From NCBI RefSeq assembly GCF_009914755.1, contig NC_060925.1: a stretch of DNA of 64,000 nucleotides, one strand, 5' to 3'. This DNA comes from the human T2T-CHM13v2.0 reference genome, Homo sapiens. Position numbers and translations under genes: made by a program. The first letter of the stretch is position 1; each line of letters opens with the position of its first letter. Shown piece after piece: positions 60,001 to 64,000 of this stretch. The notes under the pieces were generated by a model that was not told the origin of the DNA, searched no databases, and saw nothing but the letters and a program-made list of their open reading frames with translations.

Positions 60001-63000
60001 CGAATGGTATCATTGAATGGAATCGAATGGAATCATCATCAGATGGAAATGAATGGAATCGTCATAGAATGGAATCGAATGGATTCATTGAATGGAATCA
60101 GATGGAATCATCGAATGGACTGGAATGGAATCATTGAATGGACTCGAAAGGGATCATGATTGAATGGAATTGAATGGAATCATCGAATGGTCTCGATTGG
60201 AATCATTATCAAATGGAATCGAATGGAATCACCGAATAGAATCGAATGGAACAATCATCGAATGGACTCAAATGGAATTATCCTCAAATGGAATCGAATG
60301 GAATTATCGAATGCAATCGAATGGAATTATCGAATGCAATCGAATAGAATCATCGAATGGACTCGAATGGAATCATCGAATGGAATGGAATGGAACAGTC
60401 AATGAACTCGAATGGAATCATCATTGAATGGAATCGAATGGAATCATCGAGTGGAATCGAATGGAATTATGATCAAATGGAATCGAATGTAATCATCATC
60501 AAATGGAATCAAAAATAACCATCATCAATTGGTATTGAATGGAATTGTCATCAAATGGAATTCAAAGGAATCAATATCAAATGGAACCGAATGGAATCCT
60601 CATTGAATGGAAATGAAAGGGGTCATCATCTAATGGAATCGCATGGAATCATCATCAAATGGAATCGAATGGAATCATCATCAAATGGAATCTAATGGAA
60701 TCATTGAACAGAATTGAATGGAATCGTCATCGAATGAATTGAATGCAATCATCGAATGGTCTCGAATGGAATCATCTTCTAATGGAAAGGAATGGAATCA
60801 TCGCATAGAATCGAATGGAATTATCATCGAATGGAATCGAATGGTATCAACACCAAACGGAAAAAAACGGAATTATCGAATGGAATCGAAGAGAATCTTC
60901 GAACGGACCCGAATGGAATCATCTAATGGAATGGAATGGAATAATCCATGGACTCGAATGCAATCATCATCGAATGGAATGGAATGGAATCATCGAATGG
61001 ACTCGAATGGAATAATCATTGAACGGAATCGAATGGAATCATCATCGGATGGAAACGAATGGAATCATCATCGAATGGAAATGAAAGGAGTCATCATCTA
61101 ATGGAATTGCATGGAATCATCATAAAATGGAATCGAATGGAATCAACATCAAATGGAATCAAAAGGAATCATTGAACGGAATTGAATGGAATCGTCATCG
61201 AATGAATTGACTGCAATCATCCAATGGTCTCGAATGGAATCATCTTCAAATGGAATGGAATGGAATCATCGCATAGAATCGAATGGAATTATCATCGAAT
61301 GGAATCGAATGGAATCAACATCAAACGGAAAAAAACGGAATTATCGAATGGAATCGAAGAGAATCATCGAATGGACCCGAATGGAATCATCTAATGGAAT
61401 GGAATGGAATAATCCATGGACTCGAATGCAATCATCATCGAATGGAATCGAATGGAATCATCGAATGGACTCGAATGGAATAATCATTGAACGGAATCGA
61501 ATGGAATCATCATCGGATGGAAATGAATGGAATCATCATCGAATGGAATCGAATAGAATTATGGAATGAAATCCAGTGTGATCATCATCGAATGGACCCG
61601 AATGGAATCATCATCCAACGGAAGCTAATGGAATCAACATCGAATGAATCGAATGGAAACACCATCGAATTGAAACGAATGGAATTATCATGAAATTGAA
61701 ATGGATGGACTCATCATCGAATGGATTCGAATGGAATCATCGAATAAAATTGATTGAAATCATCATCGAATGGAATCGAATGGTATCATTGAATGGAATC
61801 GAATGAAATCATCATCAGATGGAAATGAATGGAATCGTCATAGATTGGAATCGAATGGTTTCATTGAATGGAATCAGATGGAATCATCGAATGGACTGGA
61901 ATGGAATCATTGAATGGACTCGAAAGGGATCATGATTGAATGGAATTGAATGGAATCATCGAATGGTCTCGATTGGAATCATTATCAAATGGAATCGAAT
62001 GGAATCACCGAATAGAATCGAATGGAACAATCATCGAATGGACTCAAATGGAATTATCCTCAAATGGAATCGAATGGAATTATCGAATGCAATCGAATGG
62101 AATTATCGAATGCAATCGAATAGAATCATCGAATGGACTCGAATGGAATCATCGAATGGAATGGAATGGAACAGTCAATGAACACGAATGGAATCATCAT
62201 TGAATGGAATCGAATGGAATCTTCGAGTGGAATCGAATTGAATTATGATCAAATGGAATCGAATGTAATCATCATCAAATGGAATCAAAAATAACCATCA
62301 TCAATTGCTATTGAATGGAATTGTCATCAAATGGAATTCAAAGGAATCATCATCAAATGGAACCGAATGGAATCCTCATTGAATGGAAATGAAAGGGGTC
62401 ATCATCTAATGGAATCGCATGGAATCATCATCAAATGGAATCAAATGGAATCATCATCAAATGGAATCTAATGGAATCATTGAACAGAATTGAATGGAAT
62501 CGTCATCGAATGAATTGAATGCAATCATCGAATGGTCTCGAATGGAATCATCTTCTAATGGAAAGGAATGGAATCATCGCATAGAATCGAATGGAATTAT
62601 CATCGAATGGAATCGAATGGTATCAACACCAAACGGAAAAAAACGGAATTATCGAATGGAATCGAAGAGAATCTTCGAACGGACCCGAATGGAATCATCT
62701 AATGGAATGGAATGGAATAATCCATGGACTCGAATGCAATCATCATCGAATGGAATCGAATGGAATCATCGAATGGACTCGAATGGAATAATCATTGAAC
62801 GGAATCGAATGGAATCATCATCGGATGGAAACGAATGGAATCATCATCGAATGGAAATGAAAGGAGTCATCATCTAATGCAATTGCATGGAATCATCATC
62901 AAATGGAATCGAATGGAATCAACATCAAATGGAATCTAATGGAATCATTGAACAGAATTGAATGGAATCGTCATCGAATGAATTGACTGCAATCATCGAA

Positions 63001-64000
63001 TGGTCTCGAATGGAATCATCTTCAAATGGAATGGAATGGAATCATCGCATAGAATCGAATGGAATTATCATCGAATGGAATCGAATGGAATCAACATCAA
63101 ACGGAAAAAAACAGAATTATCGAATGGAATCGAAGAGAATCATCGCATGGACCCGAATGGAATCATCTAATGGAATGGAATGGAATAATCCATGGACTCG
63201 AATGCAATCATCATCGAATGGAATCGAATGGAATCATCGAGTGGACTCGAATGGAATAATCATTGAACGGAATCGAATGGAATCATCATCGGATGGAAAT
63301 GAATGGAATCATCATCGAATGGAATCGAATAGAATTATGGAATGAAATCCAGTGTGATCATCATCGAATGGACCCGAATGGAATCATCATCCAACGGAAG
63401 CTAATGGAATCAACATCGAATGAATCAAATGGAAACACCATCGAATTGAAACGAATGGAATTATCATGAAATTGAAATGGATGGACTCATCATCGAATGG
63501 ATTCGAATGGAATCATCGAATAAAATTGATTGAAATCATCATCGAATGGAATCGAATGGTATCATTGAATGGAATCGAATGGAATCATCATCAGATGGAA
63601 ATGAATGGAATCGTCATAGAATGGAATCGAATGGATTCATTGAATGGAATCAGATGGAATCATCGAATGGACTGGAATGGAATCATTGAATGGACTCGAA
63701 AGGGATCATGATTGAATGGAATTGAATGGAATCATCGAATGGTCTCGATTGGAATCATTATCAAATGGAATCGAATGGAATCACCGAATAGAATCGAATG
63801 GAACAATCATCGAATGGACTCAAATGGAATTATCCTCCAATGGAATCGAATGGAATTATCGAATGCAATCGAATGGAATTATCGAATGCAATCGAATAGA
63901 ATCATCGAATGGACTCGAATGGAATCATCGAATGGAATGGAATGGAACAGTCAATGAACTCGAATGGAATCATCATTGAATGGAATCGAATGGAATCATC

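Larger units (their letters stand above)
1..64000 (+). repeat. Human satellite 2 (HSat2/HSATII) pericentromeric tandem array, GGAAT strand on +
   Basis: Continuous diverged (GGAAT)n with the HSat2-type motif ATCATCGAATGGAATCGAATGG (reverse complement contains CATTCGATTC). TCGA sites are very dense and perfect GGAAT runs reach only about 3-4 copies, unlike HSat3. No unique sequence or orientation switch seen from base 1 to 64000. Confidence 0.98.

Noticed and set aside
66-63979. Hundreds of 60-163 aa ORFs (MESSSNELN..., MKLKWMDSS..., MELNGIIEW...)
   Set aside because: They are translations of GGAAT-derived repeats. They overlap in all three + frames, recur with the satellite period, have low-complexity W/N/E/M/I composition, gain and lose stops at random, and show no recognisable domain.
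1-64000. CRISPR-like array of 23-26-bp repeats
   Set aside because: There are no unique spacers, since the intervening sequence is itself repeat. There is no leader and no cas gene.
1-64000. Embedded transposon, alpha satellite, telomeric repeat or unique island
   Set aside because: All 34 anchor intervals are explained arithmetically by satellite modules and indels, leaving no room for foreign sequence. No poly-A tail, Alu, L1, 171-bp monomer or TTAGGG tract was seen.
1-64000. HSat3 (e.g. DYZ1, chr9) or chr16-type HSat2 identity
   Set aside because: It lacks the long perfect GGAAT runs and 3.6-kb period of DYZ1-type HSat3. The dominant period is 1776 bp, and the 6394-bp offset is a local sum of these units, not a primary ~6-kb unit.
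1-64000. A novel programmed system (cassette shuffling or encoded information in unit-length order)
   Set aside because: There is no recombinase, recognition site or regular order of unit types. Ordinary unequal exchange, conversion and slippage in a satellite explain the variation.

Overview
The whole 64 kb is one uninterrupted, single-orientation array of human classical satellite 2 (HSat2/HSATII). The + strand is the purine-rich GGAAT/CGAAT strand, built from diverged 23/26-bp monomers such as ATCATCGAATGGAATCGAATGGA. A once-per-unit anchor (ATGAAATTGAAATGGATGG, minor variants) occurs 35 times, giving 34 intervals. Fourteen are exactly 1776 bp, four are 1763-1775 bp, six are about 1308 bp, four are 1923 bp, and six are one-off sizes (2218, 2244, 2322, 2391, 2842, 3077). 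The 1776-bp unit has one conserved EcoRI site and matches the known 1.77-kb chr1q12 HSat2 repeat; that chromosome assignment is inferred. Each unit is about 840 bp of single-copy sequence plus two diverged 468-bp copies (A and B). I found no genes, RNA genes, transposons, CRISPR array or inversion, and every listed ORF is a translation artefact of the repeat. I did not find a novel gene-based system. What is interesting is the array's evolutionary record: variable copy number of the 468-bp module, a 147-bp duplication lineage, microhomology-bounded deletions, a length-neutral 26-bp swap, abutting long-range duplicated blocks at 31-49.5 kb, and a variant-domain boundary near 49.5 kb. All alignments were done by eye from diagnostic variants, so block boundaries are approximate.
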